A stretch of 37,802 nt of DNA, from the NCBI RefSeq assembly GCF_001194135.2, contig NC_068985.1:50089496-50127297 (forward strand). Reading direction: 5' to 3'. This document shows, in pieces, positions 10,598 through 22,020 of this stretch. Positions within the stretch are counted from its first letter, which is position 1, and every line of letters begins with the position of its first letter. The notes under the pieces are model-generated. The model did not search any database and was not told the DNA's origin. It saw nothing but the letters and a program-made list of their open reading frames with translations. The stretch comes from Octopus bimaculoides. Taxonomy: Eukaryota. The position numbers were made by a program, and so were the translations under genes.

Positions 10598-12080
10598 GCA
10601 GTGAACACAGAGCTGAGTGTTTGCACAATAACTTATAGATTCCTCAGAGCACTTCTGCACTTTTTTTAATGGTTCTGAAGAAGCTATAAAATGCTGCACA
10701 AACACTTGGCTCTGAGTGCACTGCTTCTTCTAGCAGAAACAGATATACCCTAATGAAGTTGTTTATGTATTTTGTATTAGACTTTGTACTTGCCTAAGGC
10801 TTTATTGTAAAGCATGTATATCTTCAGTTCTAACAACAGGTTATGAGTATTGCTAATATATATGTGTATATGTGTGTGTGTGAATATACATACTATATAC
10901 ACATAAATATCATATATGCATATACCTACCTACCTACCTACCTACCTACCTACCTATCTATCTATCTACACACACATTTTCATTCCATCCCATATTTTTA
11001 TGTACCAAGAAACTGAATTTTCCTATGTTCCCTGTTTTCTTTTGAGATAGTAATGTGTGATTTGAGGAAGAACTGATTACTAGCTTGTTAAGTTTTTATT
11101 GTTGTCAAGTATTGTGAATGAGTCTTGGAATCTGTTTTTCCATTAATTCCACTGACAGGTTCCTCTAAGGCTTTTATACATGATGCGTTTCTCTTTCACT
11201 TCTATTTTCCATACAGACAGACTCTCTTTGTATTAACCAATGTGGCATTCCCTTTTTTTTTCACCAAAGATGGTACAGTATGATTTGAGGGAGATTTGGC
11301 TGCTAAATACATATTATTTGTGACAATGATTTTCAAATTGCTCTAACAGTATAAAACAGAAGTGAAATGGCTTCCCAGGACTCAAAATTAACTTTTAGAA
11401 TGACATACTAGTTGAACAGCGATGACCTTATCATAATGAAATGAGTTTAGTTTAAGGTGGTGAATTGGTTTAAGCATTAGAATAACTGCTTTGTGGGTAT
11501 GTGTTCTGACTGTGTGATCTGAGTTCAGATCCCACCAACTTTGCTTTTCACCATTTCAGGGTTGATAAATGAAATACCAGTGCAGGCCAGTAGATTAGTG
11601 TAATTGTTAGACCATCACCAAGGTGTCTTGTGGTAACTATTCCAGCTTTGTGCATTCTGAATTCAAACACCTGCCTAAACCACCATTACAGAAAGGTCAC
11701 TTCTTGCAGTTGTACTAATAAAACCAAAAGAAAGTAACTGAACTCAAAAGAAATAGTGTCCTAATTAAGTAGGAACAAACTAAGTGCACAAACTGATGAT
11801 GATGCCAGTGGATTTATTTGTAATTAAAGTGAAGTCTATTTGCCAATGTGCTGCGGCATAGCACATGTGAAAGAAAATTAAATTATGAATTTAAAGCAGG
11901 TTTAGCAATGTAAACATTATTGGTCCTACATACATAGTGTATGTGTTTTGTTTATGTACGAAATTTGTTGTGAGATAGCGTCTGGGGAAATCTCCCCAAA
12001 TGACACTGAGCGTTAAAAAACACCTGTTGACAGGTCACAGCCTCTAGTAAAACAATGCCAAAATTATATATTTATACATA

Positions 12081-12370
12081 GGGCACATGGTCAAGTGGTT
12101 TGGGCGTTGTACTCACAATCACAATCACGTAGTTTCAATTCCTAGACCAGGTGGTGTGTTCTTGAGCAAAACACATCATCTCACATTGCTCTGCGATCAG
12201 TTTGACACCTGACGCATGGCACACAGTGCACCCGTTCAGCCAACATCAATTTGATGGAGGGAGTGAGCTAATGTGTGGGATGAACATACGATCACTATAA
12301 ACAAATCATTTGTGCAGGTCGTTCAGCAAGCTGAACATTCAAGTGTTGTCTTCAACAGGAGTATTCATCG
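12081..12370 (+). mobile_element. tRNA-derived SINE
   Basis: Head GGGCACATGGTCAAGTGGTTTGGG...GTAGTTTCAATTCC (A/B-box-like), followed by TTGAGCAAAACAC as in the 1-291 SINE body. Confidence 0.6.
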
Positions 12371-13066
12371 TAGTGTGTGTGTGTGTGTGTCGCACCTTTG
12401 CTAAAAATCTGTTGTGATGAATGTACCAACAAAAAAAATCTATTTTATTAAATTGTAACAAAAAAAAAAAATTATTACACATTCCACCCCCAAAATTATC
12501 TAAGATTTTAACAAAAAAACTAAAAATTGATAAATTTCTTAATTCATTTTGTCATGCATGAATTCCGTAATAATGTTTTTAGCCACAACAGTTTGGGGAT
12601 ATAACTTCTTCACTATTTAAATTATAAACACAATCCATGAAATCTCAGGCCAGATATTAAATGGATACAATTTATTTGCTATTTATTATTAAACAGGTCA
12701 ACAAGTTTTTCTTTGTGCAGTAATTTGTCTTTATGTTCTATTTTCTTTATATTAATTTGGCTAATAATAGAAGAAACCTAAATTAACACAAGTGGCCTGA
12801 GTCACATCCCACACAGTTCTTGGTCTTATCTTGATCATATTGAGGAAAATGTCAAAGCCTATTTTGGATCATACACTATTAGTCATTTCCCTACTGTTAA
12901 ACACTTTCTAGCATTAAGCCTAATCAATAAATAAATTATGAACATTATAGGAGATTCAATGTAAAGCTGAATTAATTAATATAGCAGCCAAATCCTATCT
13001 GGCTTGTTCCCTTAATTGTTGAATATTCACTCTCCATCTCTTTGTTTCTCTATCTCTGTCTGTCTG

Positions 13067-13115
<49 letters not shown>

Positions 13116-13372
13116 ATATATNNNNNNNNNNNNNNNNNNNNNNNNNNNNNNNNNNNNNNNNNNNNNNNNNNNNNNNNNNNNNNNNNNNNNNNNNNNNNNN
13201 NNNNNNNNNNNNNNNNNNNNNNNNNNNNNNNNNNNNNNNNNNNNNNNNNNNNNNNNNNNNNNNNNNNNNNNNNNNNNNNNNNNNNNNNNNNNNNNNNNNN
13301 NNNNNNNNNNNNNNNNNNNNNNNNNNNNNNNNNNNNNNNNNNNNNNNNNNNNNNNNNNNNNNNNNNNNNNNN

Positions 13373-13407
<35 letters not shown>

Positions 13408-13637
13408 TCTACTAATCTCTAACTTACAAACAATATAGAGGATTATGTATTATAATAAAAGTGATCATAAAAGACAAGAATATAATCATCAGTCAAAGTG
13501 TATTAAGCTCATAAGTAAAACACTTGCATTTACTTAAATGAATATTTTAAAGATTCAGTTAAGCCAGATTTAAGGACAAAATGATTGATTAGTAGGATAG
13601 TTGTTGTCTAAAATAAAGTAATATTCAGATGATCTTA

Positions 13638-13786
13638 TGAATCAGACCACCTGTTGTATGTAGATCATGAGATAGTCAAGGAAATGAAAACTACCTACTG
13701 CAGACCCTTTGATGGTAAAGTGAATCAGAACTACCTACTGTGGACCCTGAGATGATCAAGTGAATCAGGACTCTCTGCAGTAGACC
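13638..13786 (+). repeat. degenerate 40-bp tandem repeat (about 3.5 units)
   Basis: AACTACCTACTGCAGACCCTTTGATGGTAAAGTGAATCAG (13689-13728) and AACTACCTACTGTGGACCCTGAGATGATCAAGTGAATCAG (13729-13768), with more diverged partial units on either side. Confidence 0.7.
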
Positions 13787-13792
13787 AGCTCA

Positions 13793-14300
13793 TCATCATC
13801 ATCATCGTCATCATCATTTAATGTCCATTTTCATTGCTGGCATGAGTTGGATGGTTTAACAAAAGCTGGCAAACCAGAAGACTGCACAGATCTCTACTGT
13901 CTGCTTTGGTATGGTTTCTACTACTGGTGCCTTTCCTAATGCTAACCACTACCACTTTACAGAGTGTACTGGATGCCTTTTATGTGGAACTAGCACCAGC
14001 AATTAAACCAAGTAAATTGCAAAACATGACTCCTTGACTGAGGGGTGGGTAGTTATAAGGAAGGTGGTGTTGTGCAAGGTAATGAGAGGTTAGAGTATAA
14101 TAGAAGAACAGAAATAGGTGTCTTGCTGTTGAGGAGATATAGATAGCCAAGTTAATCCAGGGTGCCTATTGTATACTCTGAGATGGTCGGTCAAGTAAAT
14201 CAGTATCTATGTAAAGGCAGGCTTTGTAGAGAGAAGGACAAAATGAATTGAGATCAGCAGAGTGAGAGGCCTGGTAGAGCAGTAGCCATAAGATAGGATC
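13793..14300 (-). mobile_element. RTE-LINE 3' tail fragment
   Basis: (CAT)n followed by TTTAATGTCCATTTTC..TGCTGGCATGAGTTGGATGG, the reverse of the RTE tail seen at 4852 and 36461. Confidence 0.7.
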
Positions 14301-14554
14301 CTGTGATCAATGTTAACTATTCATCAGTTCATATATGTGCAGGCCTGAGCAAGATTATTTGAGGAAGACTATAAGGTGCCTATACATTCAAGTCTTCCCT
14401 CAACATACTAATGATATTATTAAAAGAAAAGGTCACCAACTTGCATCATAGGAGCCTGACATCAGTATCAATACAAGTATTGCAGTCAAAATGCAAAGAA
14501 CCAGAACAGATCTGCCAAACCATTGCCTTGGATGCTACTTTTTTTTTTTTTATT

Positions 14555-14978
14555 GACCCTGGCCGTTGATCGTTACCAACGTCGCCTCCCTGGCACGTGA
14601 AGGGACATTTGAGCGAGATCGTCGCCAATACCGATGGACTGGCTGGCTCCTGTGCGGGTGACACAGTGCCGATGGACTGGCTCCTGTGCGGGTGGCACAG
14701 TGCCGATGGACTGGCTCTTGTGCAGGTGGCACGTAAAATACACCATTTTGAGCGTGGCCATCGCCAGTACCGCCTGACGGGCCCTCATGCCTGTGGCACG
14801 TAAAAGCATCCACTACACTCTCAGAGTGGTTGGCGTTAGGAAGGGTATCCAGCTGTAGAAACTTTGCCAAATCAGATTGGAGCCTGGTGTCGCCTCCTGA
14901 TCCACCAGTCCTCAGTCAAATCGTTCAACCCATGCTAGCATGGAAAGCGGACGTTAAACGACAATGATGATGATGATG
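14555..14978 (+). mobile_element. RTE-LINE 3' UTR with an internal 34-bp triplication
   Basis: Colinear with 37392-37787. Contains CCGATGGACTGGCTCCTGTGCGGGTGGCACAGTG about three times and ends GGAAAGCGGACGTTAAACGAC(AATG)ATGATG. Confidence 0.8.
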
Positions 14979-17187
14979 AAAGGATGAAAGGCAAAACTGA
15001 CCTTGACAAAATGCATTGCAGTATTTAGTTATACGACTCTAAGTGCTAAGTTCAAAACTTACTAGAGTGACTTTCCCTTTCATCCTTCTAGGTTTGTTAA
15101 AATAAATTACCATTGAGGAGTGGGGTGTCAAATTAATTGATTGTTCCTTGTGTGACCTTGTGTATATTTTAGTTGTTGAATAGATACAACAAAATGGATC
15201 AGTGAAAATGGAATGGAGTCAGTTTAATGGTTGTGAGCTATTTTGTAAGATCCGTCTTCTGAGTTCATTGGACAACTTTACCATTCATTTTTTAAGGAAT
15301 TAATAAAATAAATACTAGTGATGTGCATGTAAAGCGACTCCACCTTCCTCCAAATTTGAGACCTTGTGTTAATCTACATAAAATTTTGGGGGGGATCCAC
15401 ACTAGCAAGATAGTAAATTGGGGATTCCACAGTAGTATTTTAAGGGTCTGTGAAAAGATTTGATTTGAATGTATGTATTGTAAGAGACAGCTAGGTTTCT
15501 TTCTTTAACATTGTACATAATTCAACCTATAGAAGTGAATGAGTGAATTACAAAATAGTAATTTTGAAAGAAGTATCTATCAAATTAGTTCTTAAAAACA
15601 CTGAATGGCTATGAGAGTCCACCAGAGTGAAATAGTAATCAAAGGGGCCCATAGGAAAAAACGGTTCGCAACCACTGAGTTAAGTAATGTAAGGGACTAA
15701 TTCCCTCCCTCAAAATTTTCAGGACTTGTACCTCTGCTAGAAACAATAAGGCTGGTGGATTGGTAGACGTATTAGAGTCAGAAAAAATATCTTGTGGTAT
15801 TTGTTCTGGCTCTTTACATATTGCGTTCAAATCCCACTGGGGTTAACTTTGCTATTCATCCTTTTATGAGGGCGATAAAAATACAGTACCAGTCAAGTAC
15901 TAGGTTTGGTTATATTGACTAGTACGTTTCCCCTAAAATTGCTGGCCTTAAGTCAAATTATAAACACTGCTAGTACTACTACGTTCTAACTTAAAAAATA
16001 GGAGTAAAATATTGGAATATATGTCATACGAAATTTAATACTTGAATCATAATTCAAAATGAATACATTTCTGGAAGAATCAAAATTCGAAAACAATCCG
16101 TCGTCGACACCTCCGCCATTTTCTTTTTCTTTTTTTCTCAATGGTGACTTTAGACCCAGTTTAGAAAAAAAAAAAGGAAAAATGGGGATAACATAGTTTG
16201 ATTGAAGAGAATAGCTTAACGTCAGCATCTGGTCTAGATTTAAACAACTAAAAAATCTGTTCAGACACTACCACTAATTCAGAGGAAGGAACAAGGGAAA
16301 TTAGAGGTGATGACGGAGACGACGACGTTGCTGTGGCTGATGCCGACAATGATGATGATGATGATGTAATTATTCAAGTTGCGTCGAGGGAACTTAATGC
16401 AAGCTGTCGCAATGGTGGTGATGGTAGTAGCAAGTGGTGGTATTGTTGGTGGGTAATTTAGACACTAACCTGTTAAGTGTGTATGTACGTGCATGTAACT
16501 TCGTGTATGTACGGGCAAGCAGTAGTTGCCTGTGTATATACGTGTATGTAGTTTTATACATAAGCATACGCGCGCGTGTGTGAATGCTTGAAAATGCATG
16601 TAAAAAGAAAAAACGAGCATGTGTGATGTATATGTTTATAAGCAAGTATAAACACATGCCTTTATAAATGCAATATGTATGTTTTTTTTTTTTTTAAATA
16701 ACAAAAAAAAAGACTAAATGTAATTCACGTTTGTACTTGCTTATTACATATAATGAATGTCTGTGCGACTGCAAGGATATGTGTATGTATGTATGACTGT
16801 AGATGTGTAAGTGCGTATGAGGAGTTGGTGTGCGCGCGCTCTCAGACCTGAATAATAAAAATGACCTACTGTTGTAGAAAATGTGTCTCAACTCCTTCAT
16901 GCACAACTGCGCGCGCGCACGCACATACACGCACGCACACACACACACATACACGAGACAGAAGGAGAAATACATATCGTTCATGTAAATAAACCTTGGA
17001 AGATCCTGTCTACAGAATTAAGGAATAATTTCAAGTTTCCTTCATTAAATACTACCCAACATAAGCCAATGCTCCACTTTCTAGAAATGGTAATCAAAAT
17101 CTGCCTCAAATTACTTGTTAACCGTCTTAAAGCATAAACAAGACATTGTAAATGCCTTGACATGTACACAAACATACATACAGACAT

Positions 17188-17290
17188 ATAACCGGCAGGA
17201 GTTGCAGAGTGACTCAATGACCGAGAGTTTCGTGTATTGCCCATATACAAAACTCTCGATCCTTGAGTCACTCTAACTTTTGCCGATTAT
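17188..17290 (+). ncRNA. long near-perfect hairpin (candidate pre-miRNA or tiny fold-back element)
   Basis: Arms AGAGTGACTCAA/TTGAGTCACTCT, CGAGAGTTT/AAACTCTCG, TGTAT/ATACA and CGGCAGGAGTT/AACTTTTGCCG (two G-U) around a 7-nt loop TGCCCAT. No expression evidence. Confidence 0.3.
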
Positions 17291-17298
17291 TAATAATC

Positions 17299-17330
<32 letters not shown>

Positions 17331-17566
17331 NNNNNNNNNNNNNNNNNNNNNNNNNNNNNNNNNNNNNNNNNNNNNNNNNNNNNNNNNNNNNNNNNNNNNN
17401 NNNNNNNNNNNNNNNNNNNNNNNNNNNNNNNNNNNNNNNNNNNNNNNNNNNNNNNNNNNNNNNNNNNNNNNNNNNNNNNNNNNNNNNNNNNNNNNNNNNN
17501 NNNNNNNNNNNNNNNNNNNNNNNNNNNNNNNNNNNNNNNNNNNNNNNNNNNNNNNNNNNNNNNNNN

Positions 17567-17910
17567 TAGTCGAGCAAATCGACCCTAGGACTTATTCTTT
17601 GTAAGCCTAGTACTTATTCTATCGGTTACTTTTGCCGAACCGCTAAGTTACGGGGACGTAAACACACCAGCATCGGTTGTCAAGCGATGTTAGGGGGACA
17701 AACACGGACACAAACATATACAGACATATATATACATATACATATATACGACGGGCTTCTTTCAGTTTCCGCCTACCAAATCCACTCACAAGGCTTTGGT
17801 CGGCCCGAGGCTATAGTAGAAGACACTTGCCCAAGGTGCCACGCAGTGGGACTGAACCCAGAATCATATGGTTGGTAAGCAAGCTACTTACCACACAGCC
17901 ACTCCTGCGC
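17567..17910 (-). mobile_element. tRNA-derived SINE, same family as 4061-4449, CpG-rich (young) copy
   Basis: The reverse complement matches 4061-4449 along its length. The tail is lost in the N-gap. Confidence 0.88.
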
Positions 17911-17915
17911 TTAAT

Positions 17916-18104
17916 GCGGAATGGAGTAGGAAAAATCCGGGCTACATATGTTTCATAGCGAGTGGAACCTCTGAAGTGGTAAAATCCAAGTGTGAAGTAT
18001 ACCGCCGGCTACTCTTCAGGCCAAGGACATCTTGGATTTTACCACTTCTGAGGTTCCGCTCGCTATGAAACATATGTAACCTGGATGTTTCTACTCCATT
18101 CCGT
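17916..18104. mobile_element. fold-back MITE, about 189 bp with about 75-bp inverted arms
   Basis: GCGGAATGGAGTAGGAAAAATCCGGGCTACATATGTTTCATAGCGAGTGGAACCTCTGAAGTGGTAAAATCCAAG is mirrored at 18031-18104 with few substitutions. TSD ambiguous (AAT, or (T/G)TAATGC). Confidence 0.8.
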
Positions 18105-18354
18105 AATGCTTGTATTCTTTTCCGCACACTTGAAAACCATGGCCGCCTATCGTGGAATATAAAAAGAACTTTTTTTCTGCTCATCGTTCTTCGTTAAAGA
18201 AAAATAATCCGCAACCTTCAGTCTCAATAAACCACTATTGTTCCTGAAAGTTGTTTTTTTTTTTTATATATATATATTTACTATGGATTGCACGAAGCTA
18301 ACTTTCTTCCTACACCCCAATCCCTGGATCTTAAATTTATATATAAATATATGC

Positions 18355-18546
18355 ATATATCAAAAATGGGGAAGGCCGGTTTATGGGATTACTTTAGGTT
18401 TCCCGTCCATAAAGGGTTTTAGCTTTATAGCGTATCGTCAGATCCCAAAAACCTGTTGGCCCATGACGACATGCTATAAAGCTAAACCCTTTATGAACGG
18501 GAAACAAAGTAATCCCATATACCGGCCTTGCCCATTTTTAATATAT
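18355..18546. mobile_element. fold-back MITE, about 190 bp with about 85-bp inverted arms
   Basis: AAAAATGGGGAAGGCCGGTTTATGGGATTACTTTAGGTTTCCCGTCCATAAAGGGTTTTAGCTTTATAGCGTATCGTCA is mirrored by TGACGACATGCTATAAAGCTAAACCCTTTATGAACGGGAAACAAAGTAATCCCATATACCGGCCTTGCCCATTTTT. Flanks are ATATAT. Confidence 0.8.
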
Positions 18547-18614
18547 ACTGCTCTACATCTTAGACTGTGCTTCTTCTTTCGGATTTATGTTTTCTACAAA
18601 CGATATATATATAT

Positions 18615-18815
18615 ACGCAGAAATTTCTCGCCATATCGCGGTTTATGATTTAAGCTTACGTCGATTTCGCTGTGGTGTTGTTTTGCATTTATAATAAAAT
18701 AAATATATACAAATTATAAAAAAAAATACAGTATAGTACTGTTTCTACTTCGCGGATTTTCACCTATCGCGGGGGCTTTTGGAACGTAGCACCTGCAATA
18801 GTCGCGGGATTACTC
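18615..18815. mobile_element. pogo/Tigger-like DNA transposon end
   Basis: CGCGGATTTTCACCTATCGCGGGGG..GGAACGTA..CC.GC.ATA..CGCGGGATTACT resembles the terminal region of Tigger/pogo non-autonomous elements (recognised from memory). Abuts an N-gap. Confidence 0.5.
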
Positions 18816-20139
18816 NNNNNNNNNNNNNNNNNNNNNTATATGTATATGTATGTGTGTGTGTGTGTATGCACACACAAACCCACTCATGTTTTGAGTTCTA
18901 TTTTCCTGACTACATCAGCAAACCTATATGTATAAGTGCTGGAGGGGGTTAATCATAGCTTGAATACCTTTTCATCATAGACTGACCCTTTTGATTAAGG
19001 TAAACCTGGGGGTCAAGCGACCACAATGACGGTAAAATATCATCATCATCAGACAAGGGAAAGTTTCTATGTTGTCGCTCTACCTGGTTTTGTTAAAACA
19101 CAGCCATAACAACATACGTTATAGAACTGGAACACGTAATTAAAACACAAATCAAAATTAGTTATAAATAATCTAAAAACCAGCACTAATTATCATTCTT
19201 TAGATTTGTATAAATAGCCACTTATTATTGACATGACAAACACTAATACTATGATATATAAAACCCGAAAGACAAGAAACGCAAAATCCAGTCTTCATGC
19301 TATTTAATGATAATTATTAAATAACCATTTAAAATAAATATTTTGAGTTACATATCAGTGTCCATTTTAGTGTGAAGAGTCATCAATTTGTTTTCTACCC
19401 GGATTCAAATGAAAATGTCCTCCTTTATTTCAAATATTATAATGTACTATTTTATTCTAAACTATTTCGTGTCATGGGAGTGGGCGAGGAAGTAGGGTTA
19501 AAGAAAATACAATTTCTTACTAGACAAGTTGTCAAATTATAGAAGTAAAGACAGAGAGTAGATACACATATACATGTATGTATGCATGCAATACATACAT
19601 ACATACATACATACATACAGACAGACAGACAGACAGACATTTACATGCATACATACACTTACATACAAACATCTTTACAAACATATATACATAAATAAAT
19701 ACAAATGTACATACATGCGTACATACACTTACATGCATATATACAAACATGTTTACAAACGTATATACACATATACATATAAGGCATACATACATACATA
19801 CATTAGATTTCTATTTCATTAAAAAAAAGAACAAGCAATAAACTGCTTGAAATGAAATGTTGTTTAACCCTAAGTTAACTGTGATTAATCAGATGAAGTG
19901 ATGACCATGCAATCTTTTCATTTATGATCCATCTCAGACTACACCATTCAGTATGTTGTACCTTCTTCTTCTTTTTTTAATGGTTATTTAAAGGAAATTT
20001 AGTTATATGAAGCAACCTGAGCCCGCTTAGAGGTCTTCCTTGTTAGATCATAAAAGTTCATATGTTGTAGGGAGAAGCTGAATGGTGGCATTTGGACTAG
20101 GCTCTTTGAAGAGATAAGAAAGAATATGGAGAACAACTG

Positions 20140-22020
20140 CGAAGATGGCTTTGGCTTTCATCCTTCCGGGCTCGATAAAATAAGTACCAGTTGAGGACTG
20201 GGGCTGATGTAATCGACTAGCCCCCTCCCACCAAATTTCAGTCCTTGTATATACAGCAGAAAGGATTATTATTATTATTATGGTAGGAGTGACAAGCTCG
20301 TACAAACGCTAGCACACCAGACAAAATGCTTACTGGCATTTCATTCTAGTCTTCATGCTCTGAGATCTAATTTCACTGAGGTCAACTTCGTCTTTCATCG
20401 TTTTAGGGGCCGATATAATAAAGTACCAATCAAGTACTGGGGTTGATTTAACCAACTACCATCTCCCCCTCAAAATTACGGTAATTTTTCAGATTAACAC
20501 CCGCACGATCTTCACTAGAGTGTTAGGGTTAGGGTTTTAGGGTTTGGATTAGGGAATTCCGTCCCTAACTGTAACCGTAACCGTAACCCTAACTCTAAAA
20601 CCCTAACCCTGACCCTAAAACCCTAACCCTAACACACTAGTGAAGATCGTGCAGGTGTTAATCTGAAAAATTACCAACATTACTGACATTGTACGAAAAT
20701 GAAAAGAAATATAATTATTACGGCGGCAAGCAAGTAGAATCGTTAGAGCATCGGGAAAATGCTTTCCGGTATTTCTAAATCCAAATGCTGCCGAAATCAA
20801 CCTTGCCCTTCGTCCTTCGGGTATCGATAAAACAAAGTACCAGTAAAATATTGGTGTCGATAGAATCGACACTTCAGTTCCCTCAAAATTGCTGGCCTTC
20901 TGCCTAAACTAGTAACCACTGAAGGCACTTGCCGTAGTGTTCGGTCGACCGTTGTTTTGTGGGGTCTCCACGAGCAACCCTATGAAGTCTCTCTCTTTTG
21001 GGGAATTATTCATTGTTATAACTTCATGCTGTTACTGTTTCTTTTTTTGTTTTTTTTTAACTTTTTGCACGCCTTTCATGTAACCCCACAGTGTATTGTC
21101 ACTGATGCTGTAGACCTTTAATAGTTAATAAAGAAAAGAAAATATTATTATTATCATTATTATTTAAGGTAGTGAGCTGACAAAATCGGGTTTTGTGTTC
21201 TGAGTTCAAATTCCATCGAGGTTGACTTTTCTTTTCATCCTTTCGAGGTCGATAAAAGTACCAGTTGAGCACTGGGGTCGATGTAATCGACTAGTCTCCT
21301 CCCACAAAAATTTCAGGTCTTGTGTCTTTAGTAGAAAGGATTATTATTATTATTATCATCATCATCATCATTTTATTATTATTTTTATTATCATCATTAT
21401 TATTATTATTATTATTTTAAGATGGCGACCAAGCAGAATCGTTAGCAGCCAGGGAAAATGCTTAGCGGCATTTCGTCTGCTATATGTTATGAGCTCAAAT
21501 TCCGCCGAGGTCGACTTTGCCTTTCATCTTTTCGGGATCGATAAAATAATTACCAGTTGAACACTGGGCCGATGTAATCGACATATTTCCTATCACGAAC
21601 TTGCTGGCCTTGTACCATAATTTGAAACCATTATTATTATTATTATTATTATTATTATCATTATTATTATTATCGGGTTAATGCATTGTAGTATTTAGCT
21701 GTCAGTTCAAATCCCGCCGGGGTCAACTTTGCCTTTCATCCTCCCACGGTGGATAAAATAAAATCCCAGTTAAATATTGGGAGTTGATGTAATTGACTAA
21801 CGTTTACCTTCAAAATCAACTAAATAAACAACAATTATTATTAGAGAAGATACCTATTTTTTTCCCGTTCCCCTCACCGTTCTGAGTTTAAAAATCCCAC
21901 CGAGATCGCTTTACTTCTCATTCTTTTAGGAGTCTATAAAATAAAGTACCAGCCAAGTACTTGAGATATTGGGTGGGAGTCGATGTAATCGACTAACCAT
22001 TCCTCACCAATTTTTGGTTT
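20140..22020 (+). mobile_element. head-to-tail cluster of about 7 copies of one SINE family separated by (ATT)n tails
   Basis: Recurrent core TTCTGAGTTCAAATTCC..CGAGGTCGACTTT..CTTTCATCC..TC..GGTCGATAAAA.AAGTACCAGT....CTGGGGTCGATGTAATCGACT, with copies beginning near 20140, 20283, 20716, 21125, 21417, 21680 and 21880. Further copies near 11450, 15000, 15760, 24400, 29705(-), 32004(-) and 35990. Confidence 0.8.
20480..20675. mobile_element. Merlin-like palindromic MITE enclosing head-to-head telomere-like repeats
   Basis: TIR GGTAATTTTTCAGATTAACACCCGCACGATCTTCACTAG versus CTAGTGAAGATCGTGCAGGTGTTAATCTGAAAAATTACC. Interior TTAGGG tract then CCCTAA tract. 8-bp TSD AAAATTAC (20472-20479) / AACATTAC (20676-20683). 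Inserted in a SINE. Confidence 0.85.

Noticed and set aside
20140-22020. CRISPR-like array or tRNA gene cluster
   Set aside because: The repeats are diverged SINE copies with microsatellite tails in a eukaryotic genome. There are no constant-length spacers and no complete cloverleaf.
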